Shown here in pieces: positions 7,618 through 15,711 of a DNA stretch of 64,000 bases. The DNA is from an uncultured Clostridia bacterium (GTDB lineage Bacteria > Bacillota > Clostridia > Christensenellales > UBA1242): contig CAKVLR010000003.1 in NCBI GenBank assembly GCA_934757855.1, positions 22,373-86,372 on the forward strand, given 5' to 3'. The position numbers and the translations under genes were made by a program. The notes under the pieces were generated by a model. That model saw only the letters and a list, made by a program, of their open reading frames with translations, was not told where the DNA came from and did no database searches. Within the stretch, counting starts at the first letter, position 1; the number at the start of each line of letters is the position of its first letter.

Positions 7618-8277
7618 CTACCCTCCTAACTTTATTTGAAAAATGTCTGCTAAATTAAAGTAATTCCACGGTTTACTATCTGGCACCATTGCCCTAAAAT
7701 TGAGATATTCCTGTTTTGTTGGGTGCTTTATGCGCGCATCTACCAAATATAGTGCAGTATTTGTATTTTTCGCCAAACTGTCCCCGCCATACAATTTATC
7801 ACCAAAAATAGGCATATTTAAGTCCGCCATTGCAAACCTAACGGTTTCGGGTGTGCTAACATTTGTATCTACCCTTACAATTTGAATTTGCTGTACCTTT
7901 TGCACAACTTCATAGTTTACACCAAAACTTTCCGCCCCCGCGTTAAGTTGTGGGATATGAATAAGTTTGTTTGACTTTTTATCTCTTGTATAGTAGGCAC
8001 TAAAACTACCTTTGTCTTGTTTTGCTTGCCCTATTGTAACAGCATAGAACTTAAACTCAAATTCATTAGCCTTGTAACTTTCTCTTAAAGTCTTGTATAC
8101 ACCCTCGTTTAGCGCATACACTACGACGCCACCAGCAAGCGCTTCTAAATTGTATATAGGTTTTGCTTCTTTACCCAAAAATTCATTTATTTTAGAAGTT
8201 AATTGCGCCATAGTTTCATTTTGCTCTTTAAATACCGCTAAAATATCATCATCTCTTAAAAATATTCTTTCTTCCAT
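7618..8277 (-). CDS. RluA-family pseudouridine-synthase-like protein, catalytic motifs degenerate
   Basis: 219-aa ORF. It aligns by eye to RluA: IFLRDDDILAVFKE (cf. iyeDd.llvvnKP), FKFYAVTIGQ (cf. K.Y.A.v.G), PIFGDKLYGG (cf. PilGD..YG), ARIKHPTKQEYLNFRAMVP (cf. l.f.HP.t.e...f.ap.P). Where the catalytic HRLD..TSG motif is expected it has VYALNEG. The start overlaps the ileS stop (TAATG). Confidence 0.6.
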   Translation of the reverse strand: MEERIFLRDDDILAVFKEQNETMAQLTSKINEFLGKEAKPIYNLEALAGGVVVYALNEGVYKTLRESYKANEFEFKFYAVTIGQAKQDKGSFSAYYTRDKKSNKLIHIPQLNAGAESFGVNYEVVQKVQQIQIVRVDTNVSTPETVRFAMADLNMPIFGDKLYGGDSLAKNTNTALYLVDARIKHPTKQEYLNFRAMVPDSKPWNYFNLADIFQIKLGG

Positions 8278-11200
8278 TATTTCACCCTTGAAATTGAAAT
8301 ATCACAAGCCGTTCCATTGATGTCTGTTTGCAACTTAAATTCGCCTTCATTACCGCTCGACAAACTTTCCGCTAGTATAATATTTGAAATAAATTGCTTG
8401 TACTCTTGCAATGTATTATCAAGCGCCTCATCAGTTTGATACCAAACATTGATTTTATCTTCGACCTCAAAGCCAGCCTCTTTGCGCATATTTTGCACTT
8501 TACTAATAAACTCGCGTGCGTTACCCTCAGCAATTAATTCAGGCGTAAGCACTGTGTCTAGTATTACAGTAATACCTGCATTTGTTTCAGCAGTAAAGTC
8601 AGGTTTGCTGTGCGGATAAATCAAGACATCATCGACCCCAAGCACAATACTTAAACTTTCATCTACCGTGACAGTTTTGCCACTATTGAGTTTGCCTACA
8701 ATATCATAAGCATCACAATTTGCAAAAAATTCTCTAATTAAACTCAAATTCTTGCCGTATTTAGGCCCAAGCGTCTTTAATTGAGGTTTAAGTTCAAAAG
8801 TAATGTACTCCGCTGGATTTTCAATAAACGCAACATTCTTTACATTCAAGTCATCAGCAATTATCGCCATAAGTTGGTCGTTTAAATCAACCTTGTTTGC
8901 TGAGAAGATAAACATATTTGCAATCGGCTGTCTATTCTTTATATTGCTTGCATTTCTACCTGCACGACCAAGCGCAACAATGTCGATTACCTCTTGCATT
9001 TGCTTGTTAAGTTCCTCATTAATTAAACTTGCATCTGCTTTTGGATAGTCCGCCAAATGCACGCTTAACTTTGCATTTTCTACGCCTTTCGTAAGGTTTG
9101 TATAAATTGTATCACTAATAAATGGCATAAATGGCGCGCAAAGTTTTGTGAGTTCTACCAAGGTGTGATACAAGCAGTTAAACGCCGAGGTCTTGTCCTC
9201 ATTCTCACCGTCAACCCAAAAACGCTCACGGCTACGGCGAACATACCAGTTTGACAACTCATCAATAAATTCGGCAAGTGCGCGTGCGCTGTCAGTGAAA
9301 TTAAATTCAGCCATATAACTTTCAATCTTAGCCTCTAAACTATTGAGTTGTGACAATAACCATTTGTCCATAAGGCTTAATTTACATTCTAGCACATTTT
9401 GGGCTGGTTTGAAGTCATCAATATTTGCATAAAGCACAAAGAACGCATAAGTATTCCATAAAGTAGAGATAGTCTTACGCTGTACCTCAGCAATTCCGTT
9501 TTCATCGAGTTTTTGACTTAACCAAGGAGCAGAGTTTGAGCAGAAATAAAATCTAACTGTATCTGCACCAAATTTATCAATCAAGCCGTTAATATCCACT
9601 ACATTACCGAGCGACTTGCTCATTTTTAGACCATTTTTGTCGTAAATATGCCCACTCATTACACAAGACTTGTATGGCGTTACACCAAATACAGTTGTAC
9701 TAATTGCTTGTAGTGAATAGAACCAACCACGAGTCTGGTCTTGCGCCTCACAAATAAAGTCCGCAGGAAATTGCTCTTTAAATTTGTCTTGATTTTCAAA
9801 AGGATAGTGCCATTGCGCAAAAGGCATTGCGCCAGAATCGTACCAGCAGTCAATTACTTGCGGAACGCGTTTCATAGTACCGCCACATTCACAATCAAAA
9901 GTGAAATTATCAATGTATGGCTTGTGCAAATCTTTTACCTCAGTAGCCCCGCTCAACTCGCATAATTCTGCGATACTGCCAACCGAGTGCAACTTACCAC
10001 ATTTATCACAACGCCAAATATTAAGAGGTGTACCCCAGTATCTGTCGCGCGACAAATTCCAGTCAATAGCGTTTGCAAGGAAATTACCCATACGCCCATC
10101 ACGCACGGTTTCTGGGTGCCAGTCAACTGTAAGGTTATTTTTCACCATTGCATCACGATATTTGCTCATACGCACGAACCAACCGTTACGCGCGTAGTTG
10201 ATTAATGGAGTATGACATCTCCAACAATGAGGGTATTCGTGTTCGTAAAGTTGCTCTTTTACGACTACGCCTTGCTTTTTCAAATCTTCGATAATTTCAT
10301 CGTTAGCAACAATATTTCTTTTACCCGCATATTTAGGTAATGTGTCATCAAAGCAACCCTTTTCATCGATGAGTTTCACAAAAGGCAGATTGTACGCATT
10401 ACCAACATTTGAGTCATCTGCACCAAACGCAGGCGCAATGTGTACAATACCAGTACCATCTGAAATTGTGACATAATCAGCACAAGTCACATAGTACGCT
10501 TGTTTTCCCTCTAAGACCGCCTCTGGCAAATTAAACAAAGGCTTGTAAGCGATTTTTTCTAAATCTTTACCCTTAAATTGCTTGATTTCGGTAAATTCTT
10601 CAAAGAGTTTATTTACCAAATTCTTTGCCATTATGTAATGTTCTCCGCCCTCGACAGCAATCTCCACATAATCAATTTCAGGGTTAACCGCAAGTGCTAC
10701 ATTACTAGGCAAGGTCCAAGGAGTAGTTGTCCAAGCGATAAAATAACAATTTGGTCGGTCCACCAACTCAAATCTAGCATAAACTGTGCGGTCTTTTACT
10801 GTTTCGTAACCTTGCGCTACTTCGTGACTTGCAAGGCTTGTACCACAACGCGGACAATATGGCGCAACTCTATATCCTTCGTAAATGTCGCCCTTTTCAA
10901 AGAGTTGTTTTAATGACCACCACACACTCTCGATATATTCGTTTGAGCAAGTCTTGTACGCATCATCAAGATTTACCCAAAAACCTAATTTGCGTGTAGC
11001 AACTCTCCATTCGTTTTCATAAAGATTGATAATCTTTTTACATTCATCTACAAACTTTTGCACACCACAAACTTCAATTTCGGCTTTATTTTTCAGACCT
11101 AAATCTTTTTCCGCTCTTTGCTCTACTGGCAACCCGTGCGTATCCCAACCAGCCTTACGCAACACCTTTCTACCAGCCATTGAGTAATAACGCAAAATAG

Positions 11201-11399
11201 TATCTTTGTAAATACGCGTACTACCGTGTCCAATGTGAGGCAAACCGTTCATTCCTGGGGGACCTTCGTAAAATACAAACGGCTTTTGTCCCTCACGCTC
11301 TTTGATACTTTCTTCAAAAACATTATTTTTGTCCCAAAAATCAAGCACTTTTTTGTCCATTTCTGGCAAATTCAATTTACTATCTACTTTTTCAAACAT
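8277..11399 (-). CDS. ileS: isoleucine--tRNA ligase (long, type-2-like form)
   Basis: 1040-aa ORF with the class I motifs PHIGHG (HIGH) and KMSKS. The N-terminus FVFYEGPPGMNGLPHIGH...GWDTHGLPVE and the ~1040-aa length fit the type-2 IleRS form. Confidence 0.95.
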   Translation of the reverse strand: MFEKVDSKLNLPEMDKKVLDFWDKNNVFEESIKEREGQKPFVFYEGPPGMNGLPHIGHGSTRIYKDTILRYYSMAGRKVLRKAGWDTHGLPVEQRAEKDLGLKNKAEIEVCGVQKFVDECKKIINLYENEWRVATRKLGFWVNLDDAYKTCSNEYIESVWWSLKQLFEKGDIYEGYRVAPYCPRCGTSLASHEVAQGYETVKDRTVYARFELVDRPNCYFIAWTTTPWTLPSNVALAVNPEIDYVEIAVEGGEHYIMAKNLVNKLFEEFTEIKQFKGKDLEKIAYKPLFNLPEAVLEGKQAYYVTCADYVTISDGTGIVHIAPAFGADDSNVGNAYNLPFVKLIDEKGCFDDTLPKYAGKRNIVANDEIIEDLKKQGVVVKEQLYEHEYPHCWRCHTPLINYARNGWFVRMSKYRDAMVKNNLTVDWHPETVRDGRMGNFLANAIDWNLSRDRYWGTPLNIWRCDKCGKLHSVGSIAELCELSGATEVKDLHKPYIDNFTFDCECGGTMKRVPQVIDCWYDSGAMPFAQWHYPFENQDKFKEQFPADFICEAQDQTRGWFYSLQAISTTVFGVTPYKSCVMSGHIYDKNGLKMSKSLGNVVDINGLIDKFGADTVRFYFCSNSAPWLSQKLDENGIAEVQRKTISTLWNTYAFFVLYANIDDFKPAQNVLECKLSLMDKWLLSQLNSLEAKIESYMAEFNFTDSARALAEFIDELSNWYVRRSRERFWVDGENEDKTSAFNCLYHTLVELTKLCAPFMPFISDTIYTNLTKGVENAKLSVHLADYPKADASLINEELNKQMQEVIDIVALGRAGRNASNIKNRQPIANMFIFSANKVDLNDQLMAIIADDLNVKNVAFIENPAEYITFELKPQLKTLGPKYGKNLSLIREFFANCDAYDIVGKLNSGKTVTVDESLSIVLGVDDVLIYPHSKPDFTAETNAGITVILDTVLTPELIAEGNAREFISKVQNMRKEAGFEVEDKINVWYQTDEALDNTLQEYKQFISNIILAESLSSGNEGEFKLQTDINGTACDISISRVK

Positions 11400-11411
11400 T
11401 TTCTAGTCCTT

Positions 11412-12134
11412 TTATAATTCATAATCTTCAACAACTTTATTTAAGTCCATAATATTTGCAACAGTCAAAATACCAATAGGTCGCTCCAAATTGCTACCAT
11501 TCTTTGTAATAACGATTGCAAGCAACTTTCTATTGTAATAAAATAAATCCAATGCCTCTTGCACGGTCAAATTTTTCGACCTAATCACAAACAACTTATC
11601 TACATCTTGTTCGCTAATCACTCGTTTTACAGGCGTATTTTCCGTAATTTCATCAAGATTTAGATTTTTGTCAATCGCTGCACCCAAAATATTGATAATT
11701 CGCCCAGAATTTAATACACCTGAAATTGTTTCATTTTCACAAACAGGTATTGTCTTAAAACCAGTCTTGTATATCGTTTCAATCGCCTTTTTTAGGCTGA
11801 CATTACCATCAAGCACCAACACATTTTTGGTAGCGATACTATCATAAGCAAGTGGTGGTCTAGCAATCAAATCTGCTATTCGTTCAATATCTACCACAAC
11901 CTCATCGTGAGGCTCGGCAATAATTCGCTCCTCATTGCTATTGTGAATAATCGCGTTGCGTAATCTCGCATAATCAATCAACCTATCCTCATACTTGCGC
12001 ACAACACTGTTTAGCGAAACAGCACGCCTTATCATATCACTAAAAGTGATACTGCGTTTAAAATTATATACAGAGCGCAAAGTTTGGTCTATATTGTTGT
12101 ATGCATTTATAAATCTAATTGCATTTGATTCCAT
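11412..12134 (-). CDS. CBS-pair protein with N-terminal HEPN-like (R-x4-H) domain
   Basis: 240-aa ORF. The C-terminal ~140 aa looks like two CBS repeats (VLDGNVSLKKAIETIYKTGFKTIPV...; VIRSKNLTVQEALDLFYYNRKLLAIVIT...GILTVANIM). The N-terminal ~95 aa contains LIDYARLRNAIIH, which fits the HEPN Rx4-6H signature. The stop lies 12 nt before the ileS start. Confidence 0.65.
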   Translation of the reverse strand: MESNAIRFINAYNNIDQTLRSVYNFKRSITFSDMIRRAVSLNSVVRKYEDRLIDYARLRNAIIHNSNEERIIAEPHDEVVVDIERIADLIARPPLAYDSIATKNVLVLDGNVSLKKAIETIYKTGFKTIPVCENETISGVLNSGRIINILGAAIDKNLNLDEITENTPVKRVISEQDVDKLFVIRSKNLTVQEALDLFYYNRKLLAIVITKNGSNLERPIGILTVANIMDLNKVVEDYEL

Positions 12135-12300
12135 ATTTACACCTCAATAAGTTAATTTTACCATAATTAAAGCAAAATAACAATAATTTACCAGCAATTT
12201 TTAGCAAAATTATACATTTTTTTGCCAAATGAAAATTACACAAAATCGACAAAATTTCACACAACTTTTAATTTAAAATAGTAAAATAAGCGTAAATTGC

Positions 12301-12329
12301 TTGCTTTTTATGCTAAATTGTGTTATTCT
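12301..12329 (+). promoter_or_regulatory. sigmaA-type promoter for SRP RNA
   Basis: TTGCTT (12301-12306), 17-nt spacer, TATTCT (12324-12329) preceded by TGt. Confidence 0.45.
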
Positions 12330-12334
12330 ATTTG

Positions 12335-12606
12335 TACTGTGCTAGATGGGAAGCCAGCGGTGTCCTGTACCTACAATCCGCTTTAGTAGGGTCGAATACT
12401 CTTCTCGGTGGTGTCTAGCAGTGTACTTGCGTTTGGCTTTGAGTGATGAACGCTAAGGTCTTGTGCAATATCGCCCTATGAACCGTGTCAGGTGTGGAAA
12501 CAAGCAGCACTAAGTAGGTAGCGGTATGTGCCATGAGGTCGCCTTACGGGAGCGCAATGTCAAATTGCAATACACTGTTTGCCCAACAAAAAGAGTTGCA
12601 CAGTAT
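12335..12606 (+). ncRNA. ffs: signal recognition particle RNA, long Bacillus-type (scRNA, with Alu domain)
   Basis: Close match by eye to B. subtilis scRNA. Alu-domain part: GCTAGATGGGAAGCCAGCGGTGTCCTGTACCTACAATCCGCTTTAGTAGGGTCGAATAC. Domain IV: ATGAACCGTGTCAGGTGTGGAAACAAGCAGCACTAAGT...TATGTGCCATGAGG. The terminal helix pairs 5' TACTGTGC with 3' GCACAGTA and is followed by T7. Length is ~272 nt. Ends are approximate, within about 5 nt. Confidence 0.85.
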
Positions 12607-12635
12607 TTTTTTGTAAAAAATTTTGCTTTATATAA

Positions 12636-12669
12636 AAAAGAGTTTGTACAATCAAGTACCAACTCTTTT
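12636..12669 (-). terminator. terminator after HIT gene (bidirectional hairpin)
   Basis: AAAAGAGTT (12636-12644) pairs with AACTCTTTT (12661-12669), with A/T runs on both sides. Confidence 0.55.
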
Positions 12670-12686
12670 CTTTATTTAATATTCAA

Positions 12687-13031
12687 TTAAAATTTCATTT
12701 TCTCGCCAGCAAGGATATGAATGTGCAAGTGCATAATTTCTTGTCCAGCATCATTGCCCCTCTCGCCTTTTTGGTTAATTACAAGCCTATATCCATTTTC
12801 CAAATACAACAACTCACTAAGTGTAGGAATTTTTGCAAGCATTTTACCCAAAACTTGCGCATCACTAGTCTGCATTTCCGCAAGCGTAGCATAATGCTTT
12901 TTAGGCACTGCCAAATAATGCAATTTCACTACTGGATTGATATTTGTGAAAATCACAAAATCTTCATCTTCATATACAATATTGCTAGGAATTTCACCTT
13001 TTATTATTTTACAAAAAACACAATCATTCAT
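12687..13031 (-). CDS. HIT-family (histidine triad) nucleotide hydrolase
   Basis: 114-aa ORF with histidine triad HLHIHILAG and N-terminal CVFCKII. Confidence 0.9.
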   Translation of the reverse strand: MNDCVFCKIIKGEIPSNIVYEDEDFVIFTNINPVVKLHYLAVPKKHYATLAEMQTSDAQVLGKMLAKIPTLSELLYLENGYRLVINQKGERGNDAGQEIMHLHIHILAGEKMKF

Positions 13032-13049
13032 AATACTATCCTCCCATTT

Positions 13050-14333
13050 TTATTCATCTTCGCAAATTTTTACCAAATCACCTTGCACGCCATCAAGGTA
13101 TGGTTGACCCATTCGCACCATAGCGACAGTGTTTGGTTCGACCTGCCCTTGTTTTAGATATACTTTTGTAAAGTTGCGCGCGTGTCCCACAGTAAAACCA
13201 TCTTTATTTTGCTCAAACAATACTTCATAAATCATACCGTGTTCTTTTTGCAAAAATTCTTGTTTCATTTGATTTCTTAATGCAGTCATTTCTGCAACGC
13301 GTTTTTTCACAGTTTCGCCATCAACTTGTTGCATATCGCCAGCAACTGTACCCTTTCTAATTGAATAAGGGAACAAATGCATATCAGCAAAACCAATTTC
13401 GCGCACATTTTTGAGAGTTTCGGCAAAATCTTCATCTGTTTCCTCTGGAAAACCTATGATTAAGTCGGTAGTAATTGCGCAACGAGGAAAAGCCTGTCGA
13501 AGCATATCAACTTTTTTCTTAAATTCAGCGACCGTATAGTGTCTATTCATAGCCTTTAAGGTCTTGTCACACGCCGACTGCATACTCAAATGGAAGTGGT
13601 CACAAAAGTTTGGCATATTCGACATAATTTTTACCAAATCGGGAGTAATTATATTCATTTCAAATGAACTAAGTCTAATACGCGCATTAATTGTAGATAA
13701 CGAACTGAGCAAATCTCCCAAATCCATTTGCAAGTCTTTACCCCAATCACTTATATTGATACCAGTCAACACAATTTCGTGGTGGGCTTTTGCAAGTCTA
13801 AACACTTCTACAACTATGCTTTCCAAATCACGACTACGACTGCGCCCTCTTATATAAGGAATAAGGCAGTACGAACAAAAGTTATTACAGCCGTCTTGAA
13901 CTTTTACATAAGCGCGCGTGCGCTTTGTTTTGACCTTTTCTCGCTCGCTATTTTCCTCAAAATATTCATAATCAAAAGCAGGGTCAACGACATAGTTTCC
14001 TTTTTGTTCTAAAAGGTCTGGTATCCAGTTTTTACCCGCCGTACCAACCACAACAGTAACATTTGGCTTATCAGCAAATTTACTTGCATCGTGCTGACTT
14101 GCGCAACCACATACAATTATTTGAGCATTTGGTGACAATTTTTCAAGTTTTGCAATCATCTGCCTTGATTTGCGTTCCGCCTCATTTGTAACCGCACAAG
14201 TAGAAAGTATAAAACAATCGGCTGGTTCCAAATTTGTAGTAACTTCGTGTCCACGCTTGCGCAAAATACGCGCAATCTCATCTGCCTCGTATTGATTAAC
14301 CTTACACCCTAAGGTGAGCATTGATATTTTCAT
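13050..14333 (-). CDS. mtaB: tRNA methylthiotransferase, MtaB-like (radical SAM MiaB family)
   Basis: 427-aa ORF with an N-terminal MTTase domain (TLGCKVNQYE), a radical-SAM CNNFCSYC cluster motif and a C-terminal TRAM-like region. The rsmE-mtaB synteny matches B. subtilis yqeU-yqeV. Confidence 0.8.
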   Translation of the reverse strand: MKISMLTLGCKVNQYEADEIARILRKRGHEVTTNLEPADCFILSTCAVTNEAERKSRQMIAKLEKLSPNAQIIVCGCASQHDASKFADKPNVTVVVGTAGKNWIPDLLEQKGNYVVDPAFDYEYFEENSEREKVKTKRTRAYVKVQDGCNNFCSYCLIPYIRGRSRSRDLESIVVEVFRLAKAHHEIVLTGINISDWGKDLQMDLGDLLSSLSTINARIRLSSFEMNIITPDLVKIMSNMPNFCDHFHLSMQSACDKTLKAMNRHYTVAEFKKKVDMLRQAFPRCAITTDLIIGFPEETDEDFAETLKNVREIGFADMHLFPYSIRKGTVAGDMQQVDGETVKKRVAEMTALRNQMKQEFLQKEHGMIYEVLFEQNKDGFTVGHARNFTKVYLKQGQVEPNTVAMVRMGQPYLDGVQGDLVKICEDE

Positions 14334-14337
14334 TTGT

Positions 14338-15072
14338 TTATTTCCTTTTCCATTTATCTAATTCATAATTAACAGCACTAAGCAAAGCCACACAAGCAGT
14401 TTCAGCACGGAGAATAGTTTTTCCTAAACTAACCGCACTTGCACCAGTTGCTTTTATTTTTTCAACTTCCGCCTCGCTAAAACCACCTTCGCTACCTATA
14501 ATGATAGCAATATTTTTATTTTTGTCAAGTTGCGAAAGTATAGTTTTTGCACTAGTATCATCATTTTCATATGCAAGCACAATTTGTGTATAATTATGCA
14601 ATTCGTTTAACATATTATTAAAACTCAAAGTTTCACTAATTTGCGGTAAATTTACTCTGCCTGACTGCTTGCTTGCCGACACCGCAATTCTATTTAATCT
14701 ATCAGTCTTATTCCCTTTATCCTTAACCGTACAAAAACTACTCTCAAATGGCACTATTTTATCAACGCCTAGTTCAGTACATTTTTGCATCGCCCAGTCC
14801 ATTCGTTCCGCTTTGATTAACGCCATAAATAATGTAATGCCTGCATCGTTTTGCTGTACATTTTCTATACTCAAAATGTGTGCAATAGATTGTTTTTTAC
14901 CAACCTCAATTAACTCACAATGATAGATATTGTTATCATTTAAACACACATTTATTTTATCACCAACTCGCAATCGCAACACAGAAAACAAATGCGTATT
15001 TTCTTCATTTTGTATAGTTATTGTATCATCAATTTTGTCATTTTTAGACACAAAAAAGCGTGGTATCTCCAT
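14338..15072 (-). CDS. rsmE: 16S rRNA (uracil1498-N3)-methyltransferase
   Basis: 244-aa ORF with RsmE-type motifs (N-terminal PRFFV, IGSEGGFSEAEV, ILRAETA). Confidence 0.85.
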   Translation of the reverse strand: MEIPRFFVSKNDKIDDTITIQNEENTHLFSVLRLRVGDKINVCLNDNNIYHCELIEVGKKQSIAHILSIENVQQNDAGITLFMALIKAERMDWAMQKCTELGVDKIVPFESSFCTVKDKGNKTDRLNRIAVSASKQSGRVNLPQISETLSFNNMLNELHNYTQIVLAYENDDTSAKTILSQLDKNKNIAIIIGSEGGFSEAEVEKIKATGASAVSLGKTILRAETACVALLSAVNYELDKWKRK

Positions 15073-15089
15073 TTTTTCACCCCTACTTA

Positions 15090-15118
15090 ATTATAGCATA
15101 AAACCACAATAATTGCAA
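15090..15118 (-). promoter_or_regulatory. sigmaA-type promoter for rsmE-mtaB-hit
   Basis: On the minus strand: TTGCAA (15118-15113), 17 nt, TATAAT (15095-15090), then GGGGTG RBS and ATG at 15072. Confidence 0.5.
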
Positions 15119-15252
15119 CAATTTTATGTAAAATACGCAAATTTACAGTACCATGCAATGTATTATGCAAAATACTATGCAGTACTATGCATTATGCAAA
15201 TTGACTATTTTTTTGCAAATAAATATACCCCTACAATTCAAACCACAAAATT

Positions 15253-15289
15253 AAAAAGCACAACAGTAAATATTGCTGTTGTGCTTTTT
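15253..15289 (-). terminator. rho-independent terminator of the 86-aa gene (bidirectional)
   Basis: Stem AGCACAACAG (15257-15266) pairs with CTGTTGTGCT (15276-15285), flanked by an A-run and a T-run. Confidence 0.8.
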
Positions 15290-15309
15290 CAAAACTAACA
15301 AGATAAGTT

Positions 15310-15570
15310 TTATCTACCCATTGACCTACTTAATTCTTGCACGCGCCTTTTTCTTTCTTCTTCTTGTTCCAATTCTTCTCGGACTTCCATTTCCATTTTC
15401 ATCTGTTCTTTTAATTCGGCGCGTTTTTTATCTTTTGCTTTTTTGTCATAGTATGCCACTATTTGACTTGCAATAGGCGCGCCCTTGCCACAAGTTTTTG
15501 CATCTTCCAAAATTTTATCGTGAGGAATTACCTCATCTAAAAAATCTTTAAAACCAAACCATTTTGCCAT
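15310..15570 (-). CDS. hypothetical small charged protein (86 aa)
   Basis: ORF with RBS GAAGGGGTG. The C-terminal half is a Lys/Glu-rich predicted helix (KKAKDKKRAELKEQMKMEMEVREELEQEEERKRR). It has its own consensus promoter and terminator. Confidence 0.65.
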   Translation of the reverse strand: MAKWFGFKDFLDEVIPHDKILEDAKTCGKGAPIASQIVAYYDKKAKDKKRAELKEQMKMEMEVREELEQEEERKRRVQELSRSMGR

Positions 15571-15602
15571 ATTATTTCACCCCTTCATTTCTTTATAGGT
15601 AT

Positions 15603-15631
15603 ATTATATCATACTTTTTGTATTTTGTCAA
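15603..15631 (-). promoter_or_regulatory. perfect-consensus sigmaA promoter for the 86-aa gene
   Basis: On the minus strand: TTGACA (15631-15626), exactly 17 nt, TATAAT (15608-15603). Confidence 0.65.
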
Positions 15632-15684
15632 GCGTATGTATATTTATAAAATATTAAGCATAATTATTCACGCAATGGCATAAA

Positions 15685-15710
15685 GAAAGGAGGCAAATAT
15701 GCCTCTTTTC
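15685..15710 (-). terminator. hairpin/terminator directly after dnaJ
   Basis: AGAAAGGAGGCA / TGCCTCTTTTCT imperfect stem starting 1 nt after the dnaJ stop. Confidence 0.45.
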
Positions 15711-15711
15711 T

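Noticed and set aside
11400-12330. T-box riboswitch expected upstream of ileS
   Set aside because: No conserved T-box sequence or terminator/antiterminator pair is visible. The 12-nt gap before ileS is too short, and the region upstream of the CBS gene is featureless AT-rich DNA. This is recorded as an absence and needs cmsearch to confirm.
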